51,829 bases of DNA. It comes from Podarcis gaigeae. Lineage: Eukaryota. The notes under the pieces are model-generated. The model saw only the letters and a program-made list of their open reading frames with translations, searched no databases and was not told the DNA's origin. Where the stretch lies: NCBI GenBank assembly GCA_964106915.2, contig OZ066928.1. One strand, 5' to 3'. Every line of letters starts with the position of its first letter. Position 1 is the first letter of the stretch. Shown here one piece after another: positions 23,989 to 35,282 of this stretch. The position numbers and the translations under genes were made by a program.

Positions 23989-24547
23989 CATGGAATCATA
24001 GAATCATAGAATCATAGAGTTGGAAGAGACCACAAGGGCCATCGAGTCCAACCCCCTGCGAAGCAGGAAACACCATCAGAGCACTCCTGACATATGGTTG
24101 TCAAGCCTCTGCTTAAAGACCTCCAAAGAAGGAGACTCCACCACACTCCTTGGCAGCAAATTCCACTGTCGAACAGCTCTTACTGTCAGGAAGTTCTTCC
24201 TAATGTTTAGGTGGAATCTTCTTTCTTGTAGTTTGGATCCATTGCTCCGTGTCCGCTTCTCTGGAGCAGCAGAAAACAACCTTTCTCCCTCCTCGATGTG
24301 ACATCCTTTTATATATTTGAACATGGCTATCATATCACCCCTTAACCTCCTCTTCTCCAGGCTAAACATGCCCAGCTCCCTTAGCCGTTCCTCATAAGGC
24401 ATCGTTTCCAGGCCTTTGACCATTTTGGTTGCCCTCCTCTGGACACGTTCCAGTTTGTCAGTGTCCATCTTGAACTGTGGTGCCCAGAACTGGACACAGT
24501 ACTCCAGGTGAGGTCTGACCAGAGCAGAATACAGTGGCACTATTACT
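23989..24547 (-). mobile_element. CR1 LINE 3' end, 5'-truncated, ORF2 C-terminus intact (24076-24540)
   Basis: [23 protein letters not shown]...[16 protein letters not shown]...VFKQRLD; (TATGATTC)n tail. Confidence 0.97.
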
Positions 24548-24551
24548 AAGG

Positions 24552-24733
24552 CAAGAACATATGCAACTGCCTTGCACCAAGTTAGACCATCGATCCACTT
24601 AACTCACTATTATCTGAGGTGCCTGGCTGAGGCTCTCCATATTTCAGGTAGATGTCTCTCCCACACAGGGATGGAAGCTTGGTGCTTCTGCGTGCAAAGT
24701 AGATGCTCTGCTGAGTGAGCCGTAGCCCTTTCC
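24552..24733 (-). mobile_element. tRNA(Ala)-derived SINE with CR1-type tail
   Basis: aagaacata...ctgccttg tail and tgcaaagtagatgctctg...gagccgtagccc head, both reverse complemented. Confidence 0.7.
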
Positions 24734-24854
24734 CGAGGTGCATGAAGAGGTTCTGAAGTCTAAGCACTGTCAGTCCTAAGCAGTAGGCTTAGTCTATGAG
24801 ATGCCTAGTTCAACATGGCAAATCCTGGTAACTTCCACAGAAGCCCCTTTCTAT

Positions 24855-24975
24855 GGGGAAGGTCCATAGCTTAGTGCCAGAGAATCTGCTTTACATGTAG
24901 ACTATCCCACGTTCAATCCCTACTGTCTCCCTGCTGCGACAGACCCCTGTCTGAAACCCCAAGGAGCTAGCTGTC
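24855..24975 (+). mobile_element. tRNA(Ala)-derived SINE, 5' part
   Basis: ggggaaggtccatagcttagtg (A box)...gttcaatccc (B box)...gacccctgtctgaaaccc. Confidence 0.75.
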
Positions 24976-25150
24976 TTATAGCGAGTCAAACTATTGGTCT
25001 ATCTAGCTCAGTATTTTCTACCTTGTCTGTCAGTTGTTTTCCAGGGTTTCAGACAGGGGCTTATCCTGTCCTACCTAGAGATGTTGGAGGTGGCATCTGG
25101 GACCTTCTTCATGCAAAGCAGATATTCTGCCACTGAACTGCACCCCTTCC
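24970..25150 (-). mobile_element. tRNA(Ala)-derived SINE, near full length
   Basis: ttggtctatctagctcagtatt...ccagggtttcagacagggg...catgcaaagcagatattctgccactgaact. Confidence 0.8.
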
Positions 25151-25287
25151 TTGAAAGCAGTTTCTCAGCAGTGAAAGCAACCACATAGACATCTGGCTGT
25201 GCCATGATGGCAGTGCTAAGATGAAGTAGCAAAAGAAAAATAAACCACCCCTTTAATTGTAGAAGAGTTACACATGATCTAATAGAG

Positions 25288-25465
25288 CAGTGGTTCTCTT
25301 CTGGGTTGCAGACCACTTTGAGAATCTAATGAAAGCTATGGGGCCCCCTTCCTTGAAAAATATACACAAACATTTGTCTACAATTTATTTTATTGCATTG
25401 GAAAAATCATTTATATCTGCACCTGGTTCATGATCCTTCTGAGGCCCACAGGTTAAGAACCCCAG
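25288..25465. mobile_element. Old hAT-Charlie MITE resembling mammalian Charlie4z
   Basis: cagtggttct...ctttgagaatctaatgaaagctatgg...caggttaagaacccc matches my recollection of the Charlie4z consensus; TSD eroded. Confidence 0.7.
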
Positions 25466-25989
25466 TAGTATTAGATATGTGGTTATGTAGGAGATATTTT
25501 CTTCTGTACCAGTTTTCCTCTGTACCAGTACAACTCAATCAATTTCTTGGAAAGTGAACTGGAAGTTACTCAACTTTTCTGTTTCATCACATCAACAACT
25601 TTCCACATCATATCCTATTAGAATCAGGTTGAATTAGTGTTAGTTGTCATCATTAAGGTATGAAAGACTGATCACATTAGAAAGTGTCAGACTGCATTAG
25701 TTGAAGCAAATGCTGAAACAATAAGATTGAGGGAGGGGGTTGTATCACTCATTGCAGTGTTGAGCCTCGTTAGTTCAAGACACCAGCATAATAAGATGGG
25801 AATAGTTGAGAGGGGAGATCACTCTCTTCACTGGAAGCAAAAGTCCTCCTTTTGAATGTAGGAATGAGATCTTCGGGTCTGGTCAAGATCAGGACAGTAT
25901 GCCAGAGTATGAGAGAGGGAGAGAGAGAATTGATCTCCTGAACCTCAAGGATCTGGATCCCTCTACCACTCATTGAAAAAGTGGCTCCA

Positions 25990-26650
25990 ACAATCAAGAA
26001 GGTGGTTTCTGCACGTGCTGTAGAAGGAAGCAAGGGGCAGATGGGGCTTGTCAACCTGGGAAGGGAACCCATCTATGAGAAGGAAAACTCTGATCCTAAA
26101 CATGTGGTCTTTGTTGGAAGCCGCCCAGAGTGGCTGGGGAAACCCAGCCAAATGGGCGGGGTACAAAAAATAAATTTTATTATTATTATTATACTCATTC
26201 AGGAGAAATGCTTTGGGATCAAACCCTGAGGAAAAATGCATACCCGCTGCTTTACAGAACATCTTCGGGAGAAGAAGGGACAAAGCAGTAAACCCTACAC
26301 AAATCCAGAGTGGAGTCCCTAAAATGGTTGGACAGCATCTTATAAGCCTCCTTCTGGCAACTCCTGCAGCCCACTTGGTGTCAAATGTATATTGCTCTGC
26401 TTTCTTTTCAACCACATCAGCGAGGCTGAGACTTGTTGTCAGGGCAACCCAGGGATCTCCTTACACACTGCCCAGGCTTGCGTCACAGAGAGGTCACTTC
26501 GGTGCTGCTAACGCAGCAAAAACAATACGGGAAGCAGCTGTTGCAAGTTACTGGTCTCTGTAGACACAACAGGTGCTGTGATTCTCCAGTGGTTTGACTT
26601 CATCTCAAGAGGTGCACTCCATTTCTCTTGAGATAGAGAGATGACAACAA
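25990..26650 (+). mobile_element. Non-autonomous bipartite RTE derivative (5' UTR-like + 3' tail, no ORF)
   Basis: RTE 5'-UTR-type motifs cccatctatgagaaggaaaactctgatcctaaac, ggagtcccta, ctggcaactcctgc and actgcccaggcttgcg. Ends in an RTE-like stem-loop tail tctcttgagatagagagatgacaacaa. Confidence 0.6.
26108..26192 (+). mobile_element. L2 extreme 3' tail nested in the RTE derivative
   Basis: tgttggaagccgcccagagtggctggggaaacccagccaaatgggcggggta is nearly identical to 2690-2741; short (ATT)n tail. Confidence 0.9.
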
Positions 26651-27611
26651 TGCAGTGCATTGGAAGCAGGAGTCCTTACTTCAAATTTTGGAAACTGGGC
26701 AGTTGGTGTTGGAACTGGAACTGCATGGATCATTCAATTTGTAACTTAAGGGTTAATTCTGTTGGCGTTATAGTCAGCCAGATGTGTGGGTGGGTGTTGC
26801 TTAGGAACCAGGCAGAGTGGTATGATATTCAGTGAGGTAGCATGTGCTCTGGCTGTGTAGTTCTGAAGGAGTTCTTCCTCTGTACGCTTAGTTGAATGTC
26901 TCCCTGCTATGTACAAGGCCTGAACTAAGAAATACAAAACCTCTCTGTTCCTTTCTTCTCAGACTATACTCTGTGTTTTGTTCAGCCTCCCAAGTAGAAT
27001 GGCACAAATACTTTTCTCTCTGGACTCCATCCATAATCTTTAAGTGATTTTGCCAGCAGTAGAAACAAATTTTCAAGGAAGGCCTGGTCAATATCAGAAG
27101 AAAAGGCCGGAGCATGGGAGCATTGATCTCCTAAGCTTCTAGGATCTGGGTTCCTCTTCCAATGATTGGAAGCAGGATTCCTGATTTCAAATTTAGGATG
27201 GGGATTTGGGCAGTAGAAATGAGATCTTGGGACGTGATCAAAACCGGGACAGTATGGAATATGGAGTTGTTGATCTCTTGAACCTCAAGGATCTAGATCT
27301 TTCTCCCATTCTTCATTTATAAATCCAATTCTTTGGTAATCAGTAACAATACAGAGTTGGAAAGCAAAATGCCCGAAGACTGGTTCACATTTGTAGACAT
27401 ATCACTCACCGTTTCCATAGGTGAATGTTGCAACTGAAAAGTGAGATCTTGTGAAAGTTCTGTTGACCTGTGTGGTGGCCTGTCCAAGTCACCATTAGAT
27501 GCTGCATCCTCAACAAATAAACTTTCATGTGTTACCTAGCCCAGAGGTAATCCTGGATTAGGTGGACAGCATACTTCACAGTTTTGAGGTTTTTGTCAGA
27601 TGGGGTTAGAA

Positions 27612-27749
27612 CAAGAATGGGGAAACTGTAGCCTTCCATATATGCTGGATTCTGAATCCCATCATCCTTGAATATTGGGCTATGCTGGGTGGGGCTGATG
27701 GGAGTTGGAGTCCAACAACATATGGAGAACCCCCAGCTCCCCATCCCCA
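27612..27749. mobile_element. Palindromic URR1-like hAT-Charlie MITE
   Basis: tcccatcatcc...gctgatgggagttggagtccaacaaca. Further copies or fragments at about 27915-27965, 31375-31435, 32594-32701, 33843-33989, 47520-47641 and 48140-48255. Confidence 0.7.
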
Positions 27750-28620
27750 AGTACATTAACCATGGGTTGGCTGGAATCTGAAACAGAGAAGAAAAGGCCA
27801 CCTGTAAAAGGTGGGTAGGGGGGCGGGTTGTGCAAGCAGTACTAAACTGCATTAAAAAGGTAAAGGGGATTTCCTTCCATGGAAAAACTTCTTCTGAACT
27901 GAACATGGAGAGCTTTTGCATCTGGGGTCTAACAGCATCTGGAGGGCGCAGTTTCTCCATCCCTGGGTTAGAAAGAAGGAATCTGAAGCTCTGGTGGGAA
28001 AAGGAGACTAGCTTAAGAAACTTCGGTTCGGCTATTGCTTCACAAAGGCTGCGTAGTTTAGTGGGTGGATAGAAAATTGTCATTGGGAGATAGGGACAAG
28101 TGAACATTTTAAAAAATGTATGTGGTGTGTTACGGGAGCTGTCACGAACCCTACAATTATGTGTGATGATCTTGCCTTTCAGAAGATCAGGATGGAACAG
28201 TGACAATTGAATAGTTAATGGCTATTTAATAATGAAACCCTTTTGTTAATCTTCAGTAAATGCAGCACACACACGTAAGCAGATTATGTAAAAAAAATAA
28301 TGCTTTTTTTAAACCACTAAATCCCACTTTAGGGAGGAAAAGCTTTTAATACGCTGGTTAAAGAGTCTAGTCATGCTAGATTAGCATTGTTATACATGAA
28401 TAATAAAAATAGCCGGGCCTGATTAATGTCACTTAAAGTTTCTTAAAATGAGCAATATAACTCTTTGAATTAAGCAGCTTGAACTGCAGCTAAGGATTCC
28501 TGGGGAATGATTTGTATTAAAAAGTTAAGACCTTCACTTCTTTTTCTAAAGGGAAATCTATCATCCATGCAGGAATTGCATACCATTCACTTGAAAGCAT
28601 GAAAGGGAAGGCACTTCACA

Positions 28621-28640
28621 GGCCATAAAGCGTAATAAAA
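28621..28640 (+). promoter_or_regulatory. Tandem posterior HOX/CDX motifs in a candidate enhancer (block about 28190-28690)
   Basis: GGCCATAAA directly followed by GTAATAAAA, in an AT-rich repeat-free block with other TAAT cores. Confidence 0.4.
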
Positions 28641-28963
28641 GAAGATCTAAAATTGACTTTCATGTTAAACAGATTACTTACGTTTTTTTCCTTCCAGAAA
28701 GGGACAGGTATGGGGAAGCTTCCTTGACTCTTTATCACCATCCAGACCTATAGTTACCTCTTTCAACCGATAGCTTCATTTTCTACCAAGTGTTCATAAA
28801 CCAATCACTGTGTTTCAGAATTCCCTTTCTTATTGGTGGGCAAAGAAGTGAGAAGACCATTTCACTATATTTCTTAAGAATCCCACCCCAGTCATTTATC
28901 TTGAGTATGGGACTCACCATTGGCAGTGGCACAGCTTCTTAGTGTTTCACCCTACTCCCCAGG

Positions 28964-28964
<1 letters not shown>

Positions 28965-29001
<37 letters not shown>
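28965..29001. repeat. (TG)n microsatellite
   Basis: Perfect TG run. Confidence 0.98.
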
Positions 29002-29002
<1 letters not shown>

Positions 29003-29744
29003 GCAAGCAATTGCAGCAGCAACTGTGTCAGCAGCTTTCCCCCTTTCTTCATCTTCCACAATGCCCAGGACATGGCGTCGTTCTGGTGTACCCATAACAA
29101 ATATCTGAAAATATTTGGAGAAAACTATGCAAAGCAGTCATCTTTTTCAAGATGCATGAGGCACAGAGAAATCCTTGTTGTTTTCTCAGAAAAATCTCCA
29201 TGGAGAAATTGTGGTTCAGCTCTATTGCAAATGCAGCTCTGCTTGGTTGTAGGTAGATACCAGGTAGAAGAACCATACCATCAGCCAGGAAACAGGTGAA
29301 AGAGATCAAGTAAGGGAAAGTGCCATGAGTGGGAACAAGCTAGAGCTGGGAAAGACTATCATTGCCCAGGCAAAAGGCCCAGCTTAAACTTGTAGCCTTC
29401 ACAGCCCTTCATGCTGAGGGATAACACAAGAAACTTATGCATCTGGGAAACTGTCTGATACCCACCCCTGCTGCTGTGTGGATCATATTCACTGTTTACT
29501 GACAAGTTCAGGGAGGTGTTCAATAAACCAAGTACTTCACGATAGCACTGGAGCTGTTCCACAATGAAATCATTAAAAGCTGAACTGGATGACATTAGGA
29601 TACTGGAAATAATGAGGCAAGACACAAGGTATTGGGCAAAACTAGGACCACTTTATTAAATATAGCATCAGAACATAATGACATATGCAACTGCACGGGG
29701 GAAATGAAAACTGTGAGTAGTAAATATCCCCAATAGTTGATATT

Positions 29745-30237
29745 TCGTTGTTGTTTAGTCTTTTAGTCGTGTCCGACTCTTCGTGACCCCCTGGACCAGA
29801 GCACACCAGGCACTCCTGTCTTCCACTGCCGCCTGCAGCTTGGTCAAACTCATGTTCGTAGCTTCGAGAACACTGTCCAACCATCTCGTCCTCTGTCGTC
29901 CCCTTCTCCTTGTGCCCTCAATCTTTACCAACATCAGGGTCTTTCCCAGGGAGTCTTCTCGTCTCATGAGGTGGCCAAAGTATTGGAGCCTCAGCTTCAG
30001 GATCTGTCCTTCCAGTGAGCACTCAGGGCTGATTTCCTTAAGAATGGGTAGGTTTGATCTTCTTGCAGTCCATGGGACTCTCAAGAGTCTCCTCCAGCAC
30101 CATAATTCAAAAGCATCAATTCTTCGACAATCAGCCTTCTTTATGGTCCAGCTCTCACTTCCATACATCACTACTGGGAAAACCATAGCTTTAACTATAC
30201 GGACCTTTGTCATGCAAGGTGATGTCTCTGCTTTTTA
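29745..30237 (-). mobile_element. BovB LINE 3' end, 5'-truncated, with TSD
   Basis: ORF 29755-30213 TKVRIVKAMVFPVVMYGSESWTIKKA...RIDAFELWCWRRLLRVPWTARRSN; perfect 10-bp TSD agttgatatt at 29735-29744 and 30238-30247. Confidence 0.97.
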
Positions 30238-30299
30238 AGTTGATATTAATATCCCCTTAAGTTGAAGAGGGAGGTATGCCTGATTCACACCCTCTAGGG

Positions 30300-30546
30300 C
30301 ATGGGTAGGCAAACTAAGACCCGGGGGCCAGATCCAGCCTAATTGCTTTCTAAATCCAGCCCGCGGACGGTCCAGGAATCGGCGTGTTTTTACATGAGTA
30401 GAATGTGTCCTTTTATTTAAAATGCATCTCTGGGTTATTTGTGGGGCATAATAATTCATTCATTTCCCCCCAAATATAGTCTGGTACCCCACAAGGTCTC
30501 AGGGACAGTGGACCAGCCCCCTGCTGAAAAAGTTTGCTGACCCCTG
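30300..30546 (+). mobile_element. hAT-Charlie MITE, OposCharlie1/nhAT-like (247 bp)
   Basis: catgggtaggcaaact / agtttgctgacccctg TIRs; perfect 8-bp TSD ctctaggg; 3' end agggacagtggaccagccccctgctgaaaaagtttg. Confidence 0.9.
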
Positions 30547-32049
30547 CTCTAGGGGCTGCAAAATCCCAAGTCAGTGACACATGTTAACCTCAAAAGTGAT
30601 CCATACCCTGCCCCATGGGTCACAAAGCCTAATGTGCAAGTTTCTGGCACCACTGTTCACCTCAAACATGCTGCAGGGTAGTCACCATCTGTTTGAACCT
30701 CTTTCCTTCCCAGCACACCTCCAAGGAACCCATGGGAATTAAACCAAGCTACCTAATTATCCAGCATCCACTCATAACTGCTCCTACTCCAGTGTGGAAC
30801 AGGCAAAAGAATTCCCCTCTATAGACCAGTAATAGAAAAATACAAAAATAAGCCAACTGCTTACTTGGTCCAAACTGTGGCAACCAGTTAAACTCATACT
30901 GCATACTGACTGAGTGCTCAGAAAGGAGGAGGAGGTGGGTGACCTGGCCTTAAATATCCTCTTTCCACCTCTCTCCTATGCTGGAACTTGCCAGCTTCAT
31001 AGACCAGAAGTGGCTTCATGCCAGTTTCCCAGGCCCCACACAAAGGCACTATTACCTAAGCCCTTTTTGAAGCTGGACACAGGAGCAATCTTGGCATCAG
31101 TGATTGCTAGTTATCAAAGACCTCTTCTGGTGTTTTCCTGAAAATGCAAAAGTTAAACGTCTAAAGGTGCAACAAGCCCTGCCCCCATCTGTGTGAGCTT
31201 AAGATGAAGGGGGCTTCTTCATGCATTCTACTAAACATGTATCAAGGGTTCCTGAACTCTTGGTTGCTTCTAAATCTCATCCAGTTCTCAATTTGTCACC
31301 GCTAGAGAACTTGCTAGCAGTGCTAGGAACCAACTCCCTACAATATGAGATTAAAGGCAAGGGTCAAGGGTCATCACTGAGATGGGGAACCTGTGGCCAA
31401 CAACAGCTCCTGGGCAGCCATAGGTTTCCCATCTCTAGGATAAGGGTTAAACGTGTACCCTGCCTCTCACAACAAATCCAGTGTCTAGAGGTAGAAGCAA
31501 GTTTTGCCCATGACCCAGACCACAGCATTTACTAAGATAGTCTGCCTAGATCTGTTTGGGGTACAGAGAGAGCTTGTATCATGGTCAATCTAGAGTGTGA
31601 AGGGACATTGCAAGAGTGGGGCAGGATGTTGACAGCTGTCTTCAGTCAAGAATGATTGTGGAACCATTATTTCTAACACAATTGTGTAGAAGTATTTTTT
31701 TTTAAAGAATAGAGCCTTTAATCTACCCATTTACTTTCACTCCCGCTACTGCACTGAATTAGCTTTATTCTCATGAGAATTCTGCAAGCAATCTATTGGG
31801 TTAAGCTTATATTGGGTGTTTGTGCTTTTGGCTAGGACTTAGAGCAGAAAATAGGAAAATGAGGTAATTCTTCACTGTATTTCCATGCTTGCCAAACCCA
31901 TTAAGTATTTATAATCTCTTACACAGAATTCCTTCTTAGTCAATCTGCAGTTCTGGTTGTGGGCTGGGGAGACTTGGGGAGATTTAGGAATAAACTGAGG
32001 AAGAAGACAGAGCCAGTTTATACAATCAGCTTGCATAAACTGTCTCTTG

Positions 32050-32230
32050 GGCACATCAGAAACTGCCTCCTGCTGAAATGGACCACTGGTCCTTCTAACT
32101 CAGTATTGTCTACCACTGTAGACTGGCAGTAGCTCTCCATGAATTCAGACAGCCCTACCTGGAGTTGTTGCGGAGCAACCCTGTGACTTCCTTCATGCAA
32201 AAGCTCTACCACTGAGTTTCGGCCTCTCTC
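32050..32230 (-). mobile_element. tRNA(Ala)-derived SINE with CR1-type tail
   Basis: gaccactggtccttctaactcagtattgtctac...gactggcagtagctctcca...catgcaaaagctctaccactgag. Confidence 0.75.
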
Positions 32231-32593
32231 ATGGCTGCATCACTTCAGTATGTAGCTGGAGAGATCTCAAGATCATATGCTCCCACATATATGTCTATGT
32301 TTTAATAAAGCTCCCTGCCAATGGGAAACATATTGTGTTCAGGTCAGCCCAGAACGCTGTTTTTGTAGGTAAAGACTTATTTTCATGCTCCCTGATGGAA
32401 TCCTCCAAGTGTTACATTTTACTTGAGTCTGGGGCGTATTATGAACTGGCCCTCCATGAGCCATGCTTTGGAGCTGCCTCCTACAGACACAATCTGTCCT
32501 GTTGTGGTAGGTCAGCAGAAGACCCAGAACAACGCCCTCTCAAACTTCCATTATATGCATTACATAAAGCAAATGCTACTCCCATGGACAGTT

Positions 32594-32701
32594 TAGAGAA
32601 GGGAACTTCTGGCCCTCTGGATGCTGTAGGACTTCCTTGACAATTGGCCACAATGGCTGGGACTGATGGGGGGGGGGGGAGCACAGGTTCCTCAACTCTG
32701 G
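32594..32701. mobile_element. URR1-like palindromic hAT MITE, internally deleted
   Basis: gggaacttctggccctctggatgctg...gcacaggttcctcaactctg; flanks gtttagag / gtttaggg. Confidence 0.65.
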
Positions 32702-33189
32702 TTTAGGGAGGAAAATCCCCACAATGTGTTTCACTTACATTTTCAGGAAGTAGTGACATCTGAACAATCCTGAAGGCTCTCACAGCTGCACTTGAAAATA
32801 TAGCTTGGGGCGCTGGATAAGGCTTCCCGAGCTGGGAGTTAGCTACCTCTGCTTTCATATGAGTTGATGCTGTTGCTAATTCTGAATTCCTCTGCTAGTT
32901 ATTTTATTTGTTGATGTGTTAAAAGCTTGCCTTTGCTTTTCTGAAAGGAAACAACCTCTGACAGCCATCCCCCCCCCCAATGCCTTGGAACATTTTTTAA
33001 AAGGAAGTTGGTTGCAAATTGTCCAATCCCAGAAGTCTTACTGTCCAGCTCTGTTTTCCTGATATTATTGATTCTAAAGCTTTGGAGCAAGAGAGAGAGT
33101 CTTGCCTGAAATTCTTTGCTGGCCAAATGCCCAACAGCTTGAAATAGTTTCTTATGGGGATCTTAAATTGGAAAGTTGGCTCAGACTTG

Positions 33190-33275
33190 AATGCAGTAGG
33201 TGGCCCTGGGCAAGTCACTGCCTTTCTGCTTCATTGTCCCTGCCCCTAAAATGGGTATAGTTGCCATCTTTCTTT
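33190..33275 (+). mobile_element. MIR/Ther1 CORE-SINE fragment
   Basis: gtggccctgggcaagtcact...ctgcttca...ctaaaatgggtata matches the MIR core. Confidence 0.6.
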
Positions 33276-33597
33276 CCCAAGAAGGTTTAACATCTACATG
33301 AAGCAGCTAAGTGGGATCATCTGGAGTTTTGGAGTAAGTTGTCAGCAGTAGGCTGATGACATGCTGATGTCTTGCCTCCATAACATACTGAATAAGAGCC
33401 AACAAAATGAAGGATTTGATGGTAAAGAAATGTGGAAGCTTTAATTCTGCATGTAACTCTCAATCCAACAAAGCTTTTAGAAGTCATTCAAACTTAAGGT
33501 GAAAAAGCACAGCTTTTTAGCACAGATGACAACACAAATGGTTATAATCAATGGTAATAAGCTATGGCTTAGAATGCAGTTTCCCAGCTGCTGTAGT

Positions 33598-33740
33598 GTG
33601 GAGCTGGTGTGGTGTAATAGTGCAGAGACTGAGTTGTCAACTGGAAATCTTACCTTTGCCATTAGGTGACTTAAGACAAGCCATCATGTCTCAGCCTCAA
33701 TCTCTGCCTGCAATATCAGGATTAATAAACTGACTTAGGC
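33598..33740 (+). mobile_element. MIR-derived (Squam3-like) SINE, degenerate
   Basis: gagctggtgtggtgtaatag head; ggtgacttaagacaagcca...tctcagcctca core. Confidence 0.5.
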
Positions 33741-33842
33741 CAATACATTCTATCTGAGAAATTGAACATGACTAGGAATTTATAGAGCAGGAAGTCGTAT
33801 GTGATTGGTTCCCTGTATCTAACTGGCAGTGACACAGCACAT

Positions 33843-33989
33843 CAGGGTTGGGAACTTGGTATCCCTCCAGATGTTGCTTGAGTCCTTCAGCTCCCAACAC
33901 CTCCAGCAGTCAGAATGGCCCATGGTAAGAGATGATGGGAGTTGTAATCCAGCAACATTTGGGGAAGGGGCACAGGTTTCCCATTCCTG
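33843..33989. mobile_element. URR1-like palindromic hAT MITE, near complete
   Basis: cagggttgggaac...ccctccagatgttgct...gatgggagttgtaatccagcaacatttgg...gtttcccattcctg; fold-back structure. Confidence 0.8.
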
Positions 33990-35149
33990 CCCTAGAATGT
34001 TGGCATTCCTAAAAAAAACCTGCTGCCCCATATGGGTCTTTGCTACTTGGACCAGCCTTTAAACCAAAGGATCCTAATAACTAGACAGTTCCATCACTTA
34101 TCAGATGTCTAGGAACCAGCCTAGCTGAGAAGATGCTTGCCTGAAACACTGTGTGTTGCCTGATGGTGGAATGCCTTATTTTAAAAGACAGGTACTTGTA
34201 CCCTTGGTGACATGTCTGCATATGCCCCTCTTTCACATTTCCAAACACTCAGATGCATTTTGGCCTTCCAGCCCTTTCCCCATTCTCTCAGCACTTTTGT
34301 ATGAAATGAGTGTGCTTCATACAGTGTCAGAGTGAATACAAGAAAATCAATAAGCAATTTGTGTGATAATTAATTAGGGTGCCAGAGTGAATTATGGCTC
34401 CTTCCCCTCCTGATTTGGGTCAGAGTCCCATTTGATTTAGGAAGTTGTCCATTTTTCAATTATAGTTTGCTGGGTACTTTTTTGGGGAGGGAAAGAAAAT
34501 ATGACCAGAGAAGAAGACTGGCAGGTGGAAAATCATGTTATACAAAAATGCATGACATGGTAAGCTGACCATGTCAGCTACAACGTCCTGGATTAATTCT
34601 ATGCCACAGGAAATTCACTGTATCAGTGCATATCAGAGATCAAAAGGCTAGGGCTGCCATCCAGCAAAGCTGTTGTGCATGAATAAAACTGGATGTGTAC
34701 ATGGAAATCGTTATCTGCTGTGCCCTTGGTTGGCTTGATCCAGGGATTGGAAAATCTTGTGTTTCTGGGGGAGGAACTATGTTGCTGAAATGCTGACATT
34801 TTTCATGGTGACTGAGCTGAAATGCATCTAATTTTTTATTCTTTTTTTGAGGGGAGGAGAATATAAGAATGCTTCCCATTTTCTCTAGTCAGGTGCATTT
34901 TGGTTGTTTTGATCCCATTTCTGTGTTCCTCTTACTGTTCTAGGCACTACAGGAAGAAGCCTTATCTATTATCAGATCATTGGCCCCACTAGCTCTGTGT
35001 TATCTGCTCTCATGACAGCAGCTTCCTGGGATCACAGGCATCAATTTTTCCCAGCCCTCTAATTGAACCCCGCACATTTTCCCCTGCAAAATGATGGCCC
35101 TTCCTTGTCTTTGCACTAATTTGTCTACATGATGTCTGTGTTCTGCCTC

Positions 35150-35282
35150 AGATGTGTTATGCCTCTGAGTATCAGTTACTGGGAATATCGGATGGGCTGA
35201 TTGTATCTGGTCAGCTATTGTGAGAAGTGGATGTTGGACTATACAAGCCATTGGTCTGATCCAGCAGGTTTGTCTCATGTAT
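35150..35282 (+). mobile_element. CR1 3' UTR fragment
   Basis: atctggtcagctattgtgagaagtggatgttggacta...ccattggtctgatccagcagg. Confidence 0.7.

Noticed and set aside
24855-24930. tRNA-Ala-like sequence as a tRNA gene
   Set aside because: Degenerate cloverleaf that continues into SINE body; it is a SINE head.
27532-28206. 224-aa minus-strand ORF
   Set aside because: Runs through two MITE fragments and has no protein motif.
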